A stretch of 63,921 bases of DNA, the filler included, from Mitosporidium daphniae (Eukaryota): NCBI RefSeq assembly GCF_000760515.2. It is 6 parts of 6 records of this genome, joined end to end, with 100 filler letters (N's around TTAATTAATTAA, not from the genome) between each part and the next. Parts side by side here need not be neighbours in the genome. Positions count along the whole stretch, not along the records: positions 24,922 to 36,893 come from NW_013546695.1; positions 36,994 to 48,689 come from NW_013546694.1; 4 more parts are not named here. The stretch is one strand, 5' to 3'. How positions within the stretch are numbered: position 1 is the first letter of the stretch; each line of letters opens with the position of its first letter. The notes beneath the pieces are model-generated. The model ran no database searches. It saw nothing but the letters and a program-made list of their open reading frames with translations, and was not told the DNA's origin. This document shows, piece by piece, positions 33,841-46,382 of the stretch. Both the position numbers and the translations under genes were made by a program.

Positions 33841-36800
33841 CTAATTTTGATTTCAAATTCCATGAACGTACGGCTCGTGTTGGGAAACGTTATGAATGAG
33901 AAATATATAAAGATCGCCTTGCTCTGCCTCATTCTTACCTTTTTTTCACTATTGGTTTACCTTCCTGTGTTAAAAAGAAATGAATCCAAGCCAAAAACAT
34001 CGGAGGTCTCCGATTCGATGGCCTCAATCGTAAGATGGGCCGAAGATAAATCTGTAAATGCTCAAAAAGAATTTTTTTCTCATTTTCGGAGCTTCAAGGC
34101 CAGTGTATTACTATTTCTCTCAAAGAATAAGCACTACTCCAACACACGGGTCCTTTGGATTGCATCAGACTCCATTTTTCTTTTGCTAATAAACCTATTG
34201 ATAAGGAAGAACCGTATCTTATATCCTCAACTCAGCAGTATCGGTCGTCGATTTTCGCTCCTCATGGCAATTCGTCTTCTTTTTCGAGGGTTTATCACAC
34301 TGTTTTCTGAGGATAGGCAAATCTTCCCCTATTTTGAGCTGTTGATGTCTCTTTCTATTGCATCAGTCTATGTGCATGTGCGTGGCATTTTCGTGACTCT
34401 ATTTTCAGTTGTTTCAATTAACATGCTGTTTCTATATGCTAGGCGGGAGCTCTTCATTGATACTAAACAACATGATCCTTTTTGGAAACCTGAACAGAAT
34501 CTTGAAACTGACATCCTCGACCTTGTCCCAAGGCTAGAGTTAGGAAATCATCAGCCTCCATTGCGAATGCTAAAATCCCCAGAAAGAGCATACGGGGCTA
34601 GTTTATCTCTTGGAATGGGCTTAGGATCCTTGCTATATAATCGTTATAATAGAGCCATTGAAAGGCGAGAGCTGAATTGGGTTAGATTTGCAAATATTTC
34701 AGTAAATCACTTTGAAGCAATTCCAGGGGTCTTTTCCGATTTTAGACAACTGCAGTGGCTTGAGGCTACAGATAATCCAATTTTTCTTTTGGAAATTTCT
34801 AGCCTTCCCCCCTCCTTGATTGGGCTCTCTCTAAGTAACTGTAAACTTATCATTGCTCATTGGGACAAAAATACCATTTGTACTCTTCGTTATTTAAATC
34901 TTTCTACAAACGCTCTGTCCATGCTTCCAAGTGAGCCTCTTGAAGCACCATTCCTCGAAGTCATTGATCTTTCTGGAAATTTAGACCTTAATGTTGTTGT
35001 TGAAGATTTTATTTTGCAAATGCCCAACTTGGAGCTTATTATCCTTCCAAATGGTGACAGATATTATCCTAAAGGTAACAGGGAGATCCCAATTTCCCAA
35101 CTAACAACTGCAGATGCTATTTGTAGGCATTTAAACCAATTTTATCATATCGCTCAAGATCCTCTTGCGGATCATCTTCTTGTCAATCAAGATTTCCAAG
35201 ATCTTTTTCAGGCTAAGGCTAAGTTTATCCAATTACTTTTTATCGCCCTTATCTTTCAGCCTTTACTTTTTGGCATATTCTTTGACCCTGTAAGTATTGC
35301 TAGGCCAATGTCTCAAACAATTCCCATAAAATTTCCCATGCTCTCTCAGTTGCAACTTTTGAGGCGATTGCCTCGCTGGAAGCATGGGTTCGTTCTCCCA
35401 TTTATCTTGGGAACTACTGCTTGGTTTTCTGCATGGTATTCTGTGCGCTTTAAAGCTTACTATTCGCTTTCTATCAATTCATACCAGGAAGAATTGTTAT
35501 CTATTTCGCTTTCCATTCTAATTGCCGGAATACTTTTAGGTTGGTCTTTTCTTTATCGCAATACAAAGCTTTACGCAATGCAAGCCTTCACACCTGCGAT
35601 CTCAAAAAACGACTATTTTGCAACTTCGGTTGCTCTAGAAAACAGTCTTTCGGTAGTCCTCGATATCGTTGATCTTCAGTATACCAAACTGTCCGAAGAA
35701 GCTTTTATAGAATATTGCTCCATAAGGATTTGGATTCCCTTTGGAAAATCAAACGCCAATAATTTATGTGCAACTCCTGCAACTCATTCTCTCAAATTGG
35801 GAAAGTCTGGTCTCTCCACGTCACAGATGGTTGAAGAGGCTCTTCTCCGATTTGGGCCAAATAAGAAAAAAATAGAAATAGCGTTTTGGCCCTTTTTCTG
35901 GAACTTAATTCTAATTCCATCCAACTTTTTCTTCCTTTTCGTATCTGGGTTTGAAGCTGTTATTGACTGTTCATCTATTGATGGCCTTAAAAATGTATTG
36001 TCATTTATACGGCCTACCATTATCTTTGGATTTCCAATCTTTACCCGTGCTTTTATGGAGATATGGGTTCACTCCTCAAAATATGACGTCATTGCAATGG
36101 TTTTGGACCTTTATAGATTTATCCCACTTGACTCTACAAAAATCTTGGTTAAAAGACAAGGGAATCATGAGAAATATATTTCCCATTCGGAATTACTTCC
36201 TGGTGATCTTGTTTTTATTACGATGGCAGGGATTATACCTGCTGATATGTTAATACTCGAAGGACAAGCTGTTATCTCGGAGGCTATGCTTACAGGCGAA
36301 TCGGTTCCCGTCCAAAAGATTGCAGCACCCACAGAAATACTAAATGCCATTCTTGGTGGAAGAAAATCCAATATTGATGAGATTTCAAAATACGTTCTTT
36401 ATGATGGAACCTTTATGCAAGCAATTTCTTCTGAAAGTTCTTGTGTTAGGCGTATTAAGGCAATTGTCCTAGCAACTGGATTTTCAACCAGAAAAGGTTC
36501 AATAATACAGACCATCAGAATTGGAACTCGGCGTGCATTTTCTACGTCTTCAAATGCACAGTTGAGCATTATTGCCTCTACCATTGCTATAGTGTCGATT
36601 GCCAGTATATATTTGAAAGAATTCCTGTTTAAAATTGGAGACTATATTCTAGATATGCTCATTGACCTTTATAAAGTCAATATTGGGAATCGATTTGATA
36701 AATACTTATCCGTCGTTGAATTGGAAGACTATGGAGAAAGTGCGACTCTATTCAAGCATAGTAGTAGTGAGCATTCTATTTGGACCTTATTTTCCTCCTC

Positions 36801-36893
36801 TTTACTTGCTGTTGGGAGAGGGAAAATATACTTGGCTAGCTATTTTGAGTTTACACATCATATTGCCATGAAGCTGTTTTCGATGACTGATGA
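33829..36893 (+). CDS. Large membrane protein with leucine-rich repeats fused to a P5-type ATPase N-terminal/actuator region (3' cut by gap)
   Basis: LRR-type LQWLEATDNPI, LIGLSLSNCKL, LRYLNLSTNAL, LEVIDLSGN; then LLPGDLV, IPADMLILEGQAVISEAMLTGESVPVQK, VLATGFSTRKGSII. Confidence 0.75.
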
Positions 36894-36993
36894 NNNNNNN
36901 NNNNNNNNNNNNNNNNNNNNNNNNNNNNNNNNNNNNNTTAATTAATTAANNNNNNNNNNNNNNNNNNNNNNNNNNNNNNNNNNNNNNNNNNNN

Positions 36994-37203
36994 GAACCTT
37001 TTTGTCTATTTGGAACTTGAAAAAGGCCACTTGCTCAAAAAACGACGTATGGAACGGATGTATATGTCTATTTATCATAGGTCCCCATTGAGGCTAGGGT
37101 CAATGTGCTGCCAATGTAAATTTTGTACATCCGAAATTCCATGTAAAATGCCTGCGTTCAATTAAATCATCCGTTTTCAAGTTCCTAATAGACTAAAAGG
37201 TTC
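36994..37203. mobile_element. MITE-like element with 30-bp imperfect terminal inverted repeats
   Basis: 36994-37023 vs the reverse complement of 37174-37203: 28/30 identical; about 150-bp non-coding interior; the contig starts inside the left arm. Confidence 0.65.
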
Positions 37204-38216
37204 ATTCCACAAAGTGTTCTTGTGATTCTTTTGCTACATAAATTTCCATATATGATCATCGATGACACTCTTTGTTTCCGATTCTTTACTCTATATGCGT
37301 CATCAGCTGATTCCATGTTCGTCCGATGGCATCCATATGGACACAACTTGCCAAACTTTCAAGGTTCTCTAGAAATTTTGTCTTTTCAAGTTTGTAACAA
37401 GCAAAAATTGTAGTAGTTTTGGTTCTAACCTCCCCCTGCCCTCCCCCCATCGGGGGCCGGTATCAAATTTCAGACAATATTGTGGCCGATGCTTTTGATA
37501 TTCTGGAAAATCTTTTTATCCAAGATTCTTAAAAATGCGCCAGATCTTTGGAAAAGCAGGCAAATCATGTTGCGTATGGCAAAATGTTTTATAAGTTGTT
37601 TATAACCGTAACCTAGCCCTGAATAGCATCCATAGACTGGATTTGATGTTAGGATAAAGGCAATCCAAGGCCTATAGTAACCCAGATTTTGGGCAACATC
37701 ATCCCTATTGGCTTCGAAATCATTCTCAAACTATTGCTTTAGCCATATCAGAAAATAGGATCACAATATTTGCTATGTTTTCAACATATCCAAGAGCATC
37801 TTTACTATCCACATGTGTATAAAAAGCTACCCAGAGATTAGGGATTTTGTAGGATTGACAAACTGGCTATGAAGAGGACATCTTTCTTGCAGTTAAAAGT
37901 GCTTTAAAACTTGTTGTGACATGCATTTATCAAGCCACCAACCCTTGGGGTCTTTATTTACAATGCCACGTAAATTTTACGGGCTATGGCAACTTAAATC
38001 AGCGCCAAGCATAGGGAAAAGAGGCGTACGTTTTCAAGTTGATCGAAAAGTGTTGATAATTTTACACTTGTCACATATGTCGCCAAAAGCCATGAACATT
38101 TCCACGATAACCTGTTTGACAGCGCTATTAATTTTCATTGAAAGGCGTCGTTTCAATTTCGCACATTAGTTCAATTAAAAATACGCCCCTAAATTTTCCT
38201 AATTTTTGGTCCCACA

Positions 38217-38732
38217 ATGTCGGTGGCCGGGTTTTTTCGGCCCATGCGCCGAGGGCTTGTATGGTGGCTTTATGAGCAGAATGGCACGAGTTCCAGGCTA
38301 AACAAATCCGTCCGCATAGGCATTGCGTCTGGCTTTTCCATCGGGGGAATAATGCTTTATTTGTTTCTGACGAGAGATGACACCGGAGATGTGTCTTTTG
38401 CGTCACAAACATTATTTAATCTGCAGGCAAGCGAAAAGGCACAAAAATTACTAGGATCTCCAGCTAAAATGAAGATACGGGCAGGCTCGTATGTTGGACA
38501 CTCAAGCATGTTCTTTGGCGACGGAAGTACTCGCATCAAAATCATCGTCGATGGGGAGCAAAAATCGGCTCTTGTTGAAGCCATGGCGAACAGAAAGGGG
38601 TTCTATTGGGCGACACAGCTTCTCAAGGCCATCCCGATTGTTCCCGATTCTTGCGTGAACGCCAATGCACCCCTATATTGCCTTGACGAGCATGAAGAAA
38701 TCATCATTGTAAACGAAATTGGCATGCAATAA
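38217..38732 (+). CDS. Mitochondrial Coa1/Tim21-family protein
   Basis: Arg-rich N-terminus, single TM, then LQASEKAQKLLGSP...IVDGEQKSALVEAMANRKGFYW pattern. Confidence 0.6.
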   Translation: MSVAGFFRPMRRGLVWWLYEQNGTSSRLNKSVRIGIASGFSIGGIMLYLFLTRDDTGDVSFASQTLFNLQASEKAQKLLGSPAKMKIRAGSYVGHSSMFFGDGSTRIKIIVDGEQKSALVEAMANRKGFYWATQLLKAIPIVPDSCVNANAPLYCLDEHEEIIIVNEIGMQ

Positions 38733-38801
38733 ATTTAAATTTACTCCCGTTTTTGAAAAATTTTCTCCTTTTCGCTTACCATCAAGGGTCTGTTTTCTCG
38801 A

Positions 38802-40058
38802 ATGTCTCAAAAAAACATCAAAGACACGCCAACCATTCTACTGGGACGCCCATCAAATACCCTCAAGATGGGGATTGTGGGTCTTCCAAACGTGGGAAAG
38901 AGCACTTTTTTCAATGTGCTAACTCGCAGCTCCGTTCCTGCTGAAAACCGCCCATTCTGCACGATTAATCCATCAGAAAATAAGTCTTTATTTTCTTTCT
39001 ATTACGTAGAGTTGCCGTTCCAGATGCTCGTTTTGATTGGTTATGTGAGAAATACGAGCCTGTATCTAAAATTCCGGCCTATTTGGTTGTCATTGATATT
39101 GCTGGACTGGTCAAAGGTGCCTCCAAAGGCGAAGGCCTAGGAAATGCATTTCTGAGCCATGTATATCCTGGTAGAATTTACTGAGTAGATTAAAGCCGTT
39201 GATGGCATATTTCATATGGTTCGAACCTTCGCTGATGATTCGATTGAACATGTTGAGGGAGACGTGAATCCAATCCGCGACATGGAAATCATTCATGACG
39301 AGCTTCGCTTGAAAGATGTCGAGTTTCTGACAAAACAGTTGGAAATTGCAAAAAAAAATCTGCGTGGGCATGAGCAGGATAAAATCAAAAAGCTGGAATG
39401 TGATACTATTGCAAAAGCTTTGGAAACCGTTACCTCTCAAAAGGACATAAGAGAAATCGCCTGGAATAACAAGGAGGTTGGATGCTGCTTCTTATCGGAT
39501 TAGATTGAAATCATCAACACACTGCAGCTATTGACTGCCAAGTCAATGGTGTATTTGGCGAATATGACGCCTGATGAATTTATAAAAAAGAAGAACAAAT
39601 GGCTTCCCAAAATGAAGGAGTGGATCGATGCCAAAGGCATAGGAGACACCCTTATTCCATTTAGCGCCGCTTTGGAGGGTTCTCCAGAAGAACTACCGAA
39701 AGGAGTCCATTCTACCCTTCCAAAGATCATTAAACTGGGATACCAAGCACTCCAGTTGCAATATTATTTCACGTCTGGTAAAGATGAAGTGAAAGCCTGG
39801 ACCATTCGCGTATCAGAAATTATGTTTACTAATTTGTAGAAAGGAATTAAGGCCCCACAGGCAGCAGGGGTCATTCATACCGATTTTGAGCGAGGATTTA
39901 TTGCTGCAGAAGTTATGGCATTTGACGACCTTCGCGAGTGTGGAACAGAGGCTGCGGTAAAGGCCGCCGGTAAATACATGGTCAAAGGCAAGGATTATGT
40001 CGTTAATGACGGTGATGTGATATTTTTCAAATTCAACGTTACTGGAAAAAAGAAATAA
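38802..40058 (+). CDS. OLA1: Obg-like ATPase Ola1/YchF (4 introns)
   Basis: [73 protein letters not shown]. Confidence 0.96.
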
Positions 40059-40158
40059 ACATTCAAGGCCATCGCCAATCGGCTAGGCGTAATTTAAGCC
40101 CTATATAAAGAGCGTTAACAGGAAACATCCTATGATTTGGAGCATAAAATATAAATGT

Positions 40159-40759
40159 TTATTTCTTGCAGACGGGCTTATTTCCTCCAGTAAGAATGGC
40201 GCGTTTCTGTATGAAATTAGCAAAAAAGCAAACCTGATGTTTGAGAACCATAACCTTAAAGCGTTCAAAATCTGTCAAGGTGGAGCGTCTCATCTTTAAA
40301 GCAGCCTTCTTTGCTACAGAAGTCGATTGGAAGGTCTCCATTATCTTGGACTTTTCAAGTGCCTTCTTCACGCTCGATGTGCGGGCAGCTCGAGGGATCT
40401 TGGCAACTATTCCTGTAAGTGTGATGTGGCGAAGAGAAACAACTTGACGGTGGACACCGGAGAGTGGTCCATCGATCAAGACGCGATTTTGGTCGACAAT
40501 CTCAACAATTACAGCTGGGGAATTGGCTTTTGGTCCATCCTTGAGAACAACGACACGGCCAACTTGGACAAAGCGAGTAAACACCTAAATGATGAACGAT
40601 GTTCAAAACATTCATGCTTGAAGGATATGCAAGCCATTTGGAAAAATTCAACCGTTCATGGAATTTTTGAACAGAAGAAAACATATGATGAAACACAAAC
40701 AATGCTGCAGAATGGATGAAATATGAACAAAATTAGCGTATAGCAGAGCAACGTACCAT
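40159..40759 (-). CDS. RPL14: 60S ribosomal protein L14 (eL14); exon 1 is ATG only, introns 40585-40756 and 40207-40233
   Basis: FTRFVQVGRVV, VIVEIVDQNRVLIDGP, LTDFERFKVM; ATG|GTACGT...TTTAG|GTG. Confidence 0.96.
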
Positions 40760-40834
40760 TTAGAATATTAAAATAGAATTTCAGTCTTGCAATTCTAACC
40801 CTAAGTTTAATTTTTTATCGACAAAATTAATTTA

Positions 40835-41950
40835 CTACCCTACTATTTGCCACAATTTTACAAGAGCATCATCAGATGCAGAAAGCAGTGTACCTGGAGT
40901 AACCCACGCAACCGAATTTACATCCCGAGTATGCGCGGATGATATTATCCCCATCGGGTGTAATTCGAATTTTGGGTTTTCCATTGAAACTGAGAAAAGC
41001 ACAATTGAATTTTCCCCCGTGCCAACGGCAATCACCAGTCGCCGGCCCTGAAAATCGAATTTTGAGCAAAGTGAATAGCATGGGCGAGACGATATGCTAA
41101 CCTGTTGCAAGCAATTCCAGGATGAAGATAAAAGCGATGACGAAGAAGGCCCCCACATTCTTGCGGTCCCATCCTCGGATGCAGAGAGCAGAAGATTGGA
41201 TGTCAACCATGCAACTTGCCATACAATCCCAGTATGGCCGGTGAGAAGGGCCTTTGAGACCCAGTCGCCATCTCCACGCCCGATGACATCAGAGTCGCAA
41301 TCAACCCAAACCCGAATGCTCTCATCTGCAGAGGCAGAAGCCATGATTCCCTATCAATCAAGAGGGGCACATGCTTACTGGATATTCTGGGTGAAAAGCA
41401 ATGCATTTCACATCTTGAGTGTGTTCTTGCAGAATGGCAAGCACCTCTTGCGATGATGATGAGAATGAATCAACTTCAATTGCCCAGAGCCAGATACTTT
41501 TATCCCTGCCACAAGTTGCTAAAAGATATGTGGCTGAAGAAATTAAGGAAACCGGAGCCCAATCAACGCATTTAACCTCGTTTTCATGCCCCTCCAGAGT
41601 GCAAATTAGGAAATAGGAGGAAACAGATGGGGTAGACGAGGCAGAGGCGCTAGATGGGGCAGATGAGGTATTCCAAATTTTTGTAGTCCCGTCAAACCCA
41701 CAAGCTGCAAAAAGACGGCCATCGTGCGAATAAGAAATCGATCTAACAGATTTTTTGGAAACTTCTTCCAGCGAAAAAGATTCGCTAGCGTCTATGTTGG
41801 TAATTTGAATGGTGCCATCTGCAGAACAAGATGCAAATGATTTGCAGGAGGGATGTGTTTTCACTTGCCATACCCTTTTGGAATGTACTAGAAAATAAAT
41901 GCAAAGAGCACAATACTTGGAAAGATAGCGCGACATTCAGTGTCCACCAT
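40835..41950 (-). CDS. CIA1: Cytosolic Fe-S assembly WD40 protein Cia1/CIAO1 (2 introns)
   Basis: LEGHENEVKCVDW, LATCGRDKSIWLW, LQEHTQDVKCIAFHP, AHTRDVNSVAW. Confidence 0.92.
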
Positions 41951-42122
41951 TTGAATGCACCTAAAATTTACGGTCCAGGTCCCATATTTTAAATCTGAAT
42001 TACCAGTCCTCAAACCCTAACCCTGGTGCTAACCCGATAATTTGCCTTGTTTAAAAAATTGTAAAAAAATTTAATATTTTTACATCCCCGAGCCGACCAC
42101 CCTCTAAAAATCCCATATCTTC

Positions 42123-43006
42123 ATGGCTAAAAGGAAAAGGCCAGCCCAGAGCAAGGGCGTAGCCCAAGGCCATTCAAAGACCGCAGATTTACCGATCAAG
42201 CAAGAACCCCCCAAAAGTACAGCTATGGATTCTTGCGTGGAACTCTATCAGTATTTTGACAAGACGGAGGGGGAAGGATGGAAGGCCAGCATATTGAGCG
42301 AAACGGTCAAAGATAGTGCATGCGACTATTCCAACATGATCCAACGGTTTATTTCCAATCAAATGACAGTAAGCTTATTCTCTCATGCGTCTAGTTTCAA
42401 GCCATAAATACAGGCCTTACGATGGGGAAAAATGGGCTACTTTCCTCGTCAGACTTTGTAAGATTGCTGGTTTTTCTGCTTGATGGCGGAAATACCAAAA
42501 TGACCGAAATGCTTAAATGTCTTTCGATCGCAGATCCTGTGTTCTCGGACATTAGATTTCCGAAAGAGGCATCTGGCATCGCCATACGAGTGATACTTGA
42601 AACCCTGCTCCCGCAACTTCCTCCCCATGAATCAATAAGAAATACGCTAATGCACCCTCCAATCCCGGTCTCTAATTCGTTTATTTTCTCCCTCCTGAAC
42701 GAGCTTCTTGAGTTGGGCGTGAATGTATATGCTGTCGAGTTTATTTCCCTGATCATCGATGTCTTCTTTGTTAGACTTTGCGTTCTTGACGAATTCGCGC
42801 CTCTAATTCTGCGACTGAAAACGTTCGTTAGTGATGAGCTCCAATTGTTGGGCCATACAGCGGTCATAAAAAATTTATTGTTCGCTGTTGACTGCCCTAC
42901 TGCTTCAGCGCATGCCTACATTAGGGAGAAAAAGCCCAATAAGCCGAGCTATTCATATGAAGCATTTGAGTGGCGTCTGATGAGTAGGATGCTGACTTCT
43001 AAATAA
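42123..43006 (+). CDS. Hypothetical protein (1 intron near 42369-42394)
   Basis: Two ORFs joined in frame by GTAAGC...CTAG; basic NLS-like start; AATAAA at the stop. Confidence 0.7.
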
Positions 43007-43016
43007 AAAGTTCAAT

Positions 43017-44651
43017 TTAGCTCCTTTTATAAATTAGTGGAAATATTTCCTCGACGCAAAACGAAATCGACGATTTGACAACGGCGCTTGATTCAGGGGT
43101 CTCGCCCATCTTTTCTAATATGGATCCCCTCAATTGCGCAAACAAGAGCTCAAGCCCCTCAACAACGGAAGGAGGTGTTGTTGGCTGTGCAGACTGGACC
43201 GAAGATTTTTGCTTTTTATGAAGAACGGGCATCAGAAACAAATCTTTGATCTCCGAAGGCGATTTCTCCTTGAAAATACGTACAAACATAATAGATAGGA
43301 AAAGCGCAAGCTTCTCGTTGCTTAGCAGCTCGTGCCATTCAATTCCCTAAAGTAAGCGCAAACAATCCCACTTACCTTGAGGGCACAAAATGATAGGGAA
43401 GATTTCCCCAGAAGATCGGCATAAAACGATGCTGCATTTAAAATTTCCCTGATGGAAACTTTTCCCGAAAGGGACCTAGAAAAGTCCCAAAGTGCATACA
43501 TAAAAGTAATTGTAGCATCAATGCCATCTACTCGCTGAATAAGCGTAGAAGAAAGGAGCGCATAGAATGGATTGTACGATTTTTCCTTCTTTACACAAAG
43601 CAAAATAATGGATGGAATTTCTCTCCTCTCCTTGGATGACTTGAAAATATCCAGCTTTTCGATTGCATCGAGAATGTCAGAAGAGCTTGATATTGCATCC
43701 AAAATTTGCCTTCTCAATAGCGTATTTATCCGTAAAGCAGATGCAAGAGATTTTTCCTTTGGCTCTGCTTTAGCATTTTTTCCATTTTCTTCTGTTGGTA
43801 TTGACTGTCCATTGCCATGCGCAGGGGATTTAAGGTTAGCCGGCCATGTATTATAAAGAAACTCACGAGGCACGATTGCGAGAGGATCTTGCAGCTTGAA
43901 TATTCCCTTTTGCTTCAATGCTTCTAGAAGAATCTTTTTCCAAGAGTCCAGCACCGTTGGGCTTCCTTTAATTATTTTCTTTTTGTTATTCTTCAAGTCA
44001 TCAAGTGCTTCAAGCATAAATTTGAACCGAGATCTAGGCAATCAAAACTGTATATACGTACCCCTGGATGGACAGTGTCCCCACAGCCGAAATTATGGAC
44101 TTGAGCGCCTCAGGAGCTTCTTGACGAAGCGCAGCACCGGCAACTAACAGTTACGATAACCAATCACAACCCTTTATAAGGACAAGCACAACTTCTACTT
44201 TAATTCCGTCCTCCATGTTGATGAACGGGTCTGGACATAAAAGCGACTCGCAAACTTCGACAATAAGAGATTCTGGCACCAATCGAAGGACATATAAAAA
44301 AGCTAGCATTTTTGAAAAAGTCACGCAAGTTGCCTTGACATTGGAGAAGCGTTTGAGTCGATCCACCAAAGCTGCTAGGAAATAGATGCCAAATTCCGCA
44401 TCTATCGTTTCTATCGATGAAAGCGCTACCACAAGAGTCGAATATTGAAGGATAAACCTATCCAATACATTTGGTGTTTCGATCAAGGCCTTTATAATCT
44501 GTTCCGATATGTTGCTAGTAAGATTTTGCCCATGATGCTGCAAATACAACTCCTCAAATGAGGCGATTGTGGAGCAAAAGTTCATATCAGAAAGCCGATT
44601 TAAAAGCCCCTTGATTTGCCGCTGTTGTGCCGTTGCGTGCTTTTGGTCCAT
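43017..44651 (-). CDS. SGD1: Nucleolar MIF4G/MA3 protein Sgd1/NOM1 (3 introns)
   Basis: QIKGLLNRLSDMN, SRFKFMLEALDDLKNNK, RINTLLRRQILDAISSSSD, EKSYNPFYALL. Confidence 0.85.
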
Positions 44652-44771
44652 TAAGAATTTTAATTTTTGATTTATTGCCAATCAAATATTTTGGCAAATT
44701 TTGATTGGGGATTCCCTGCCAACGTAAAATGGTTTTAAGCTCAAAAATGGCGGCCTCCCATCGTTATTTCG

Positions 44772-46221
44772 ATGCATCCGCCCATTAAAACCCAGCCTTT
44801 ATATTCGGCATTGCTGTCAAAACCCGTTCGCCCGGCCCGACATATACCCAATAGGTTTATGGAATGGAATGTAAAGGATTCCTCATCTCGCCTTGAGCTT
44901 AAAAATACAGACACAATTACCTTTTCAAGCGATTCTCGGCCAGAGTCTGCGTGCATGCGGACGGTAATGCCGGTAGATCCATCACATTCGATCTTCTATT
45001 GGGAGCTTTCTATTGTTGTCTCCTCATCCTCGGCGTCCCCCGTTGCGATCGGGTTTTCTGCTGCCGATGGGCCTTTAAATAGATTTCCTGGCTGGGAAAC
45101 AGGCTCCTATGGATATCACGGCGATGATGGCCATGTATTTGGGTCTGCTGGGCTTGGAACCCCATATGGCCCCACCTTTGGAGCTCCTGGCGATACCGTT
45201 GGAGCCCTGGTTGTCTTTTCAGGCACAAAAAAGGAGGAAAGCATTGTGCCATCAGCAACTTTGAGGTTTACTAAAAATGGAATTTTGCTTCCAATTGCTT
45301 TTACTATCAACTGGGATTGGTAAGTGTGATTTTACTTAGCGTCAGTGCATACTACCCAACCGTCGGCATGAGAGTGCCTGGAGACAGCATTACCACTAAT
45401 TTTGGAACCAGTCCATTTGCGTTTGACATTTCCGGATTTGTCCAAGTATCAGTGCCGCCATCAGTAACTTTGTTTAGGATAGGAAAGAGTTGTTAATGGA
45501 CCACATAAGAGCGGGCGAGCTTCCCTTTCTTTGCAAACACATTCCGGAATTCTTTTCCGAGTTTCTTGTCCATGCTAGGCATGCATTATCGCTGTCGTCG
45601 TTTGCCAAATCGTACAAAAGCAGAGACCAAAAGAATACGGATTTGATTTCATTCTCCATGCCCATTGCACATCAAATGCAGCAAAGACAGTCGCTGTCGG
45701 TGCTGATAAATTCGGGGAAAATCACCGAATCTCTCAACATTTTGAATGGCATTTCGGGCTTTCTTTCGTCGTGCCCAGATATCTTGTTTGACATCAAGTG
45801 TCAGCATTTCATCGAGCTGGCTCGGGAATACTTTGAACATCCCCGGCCACAATGTTTGTTGCCATTCGTCGAGCTGTCGCCGCTTTTATGTGCCGCCCAA
45901 TCAATTGCCGATGTATACTGCTTTTACAAACTGAGCTCCGAAAAAAAGGCCATTTTACGATCGCTGTTCTCGCTGTTTCTGTACATAGAAAGACTATCTC
46001 GGTCCGAGTTGCCATATGAGCTTGAAAAGTTACTAAAAGAGGAAAATAGAAGCGCGCTTTCGGAATCGATTTTGAAAAGGCTGGTGTTATATTCTGGAGA
46101 GAAGCTATTTTCAAATCTCGAAATGGCCGTGCGACACACGGCCATATTGTTAGAGGAGCTATATTCTCACACCGATTTTTTCCCCTCAGCTTTGCTGATC
46201 AAGCTTGATGACTTTATTTAA
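44772..46221 (+). CDS. SPRY plus CTLH/CRA protein, RanBP9/10 (Gid1/Vid30-type) (2 introns)
   Basis: FYWEL, FPGWETGSYGYHGDDG, YGPTFG..GDTVG, FTKNG, YPTVGM, NFGTSPFAFDI; C-terminal ILFDIKCQHFIEL. Confidence 0.85.
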
Positions 46222-46382
46222 CTGTCCAATAAACATCTAAATTTAACGGTGCAGTGCAGCAGATCGACAAAAGCTTTCAACGGAGGCCTCCTTTGGGAGC
46301 AAGGGCACAAGCGACGCTAGATTTGATGTTTTTATTAATTTTACAGGCAATATCGGCTTTGCCAAGTGAACGCACAATGTCT

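Noticed and set aside
38979..39010. Apparent non-canonical ATAAGT donor in OLA1
   Set aside because: A canonical GTCTTT...GTAG 26-nt intron restores the frame (ENKVAVPD)
40207..40233. Apparent peptide insertions in RPL14, ERV46 and AOX ORFs
   Set aside because: They are stop-free 27- or 30-nt GT-AG introns read through by the ORF finder
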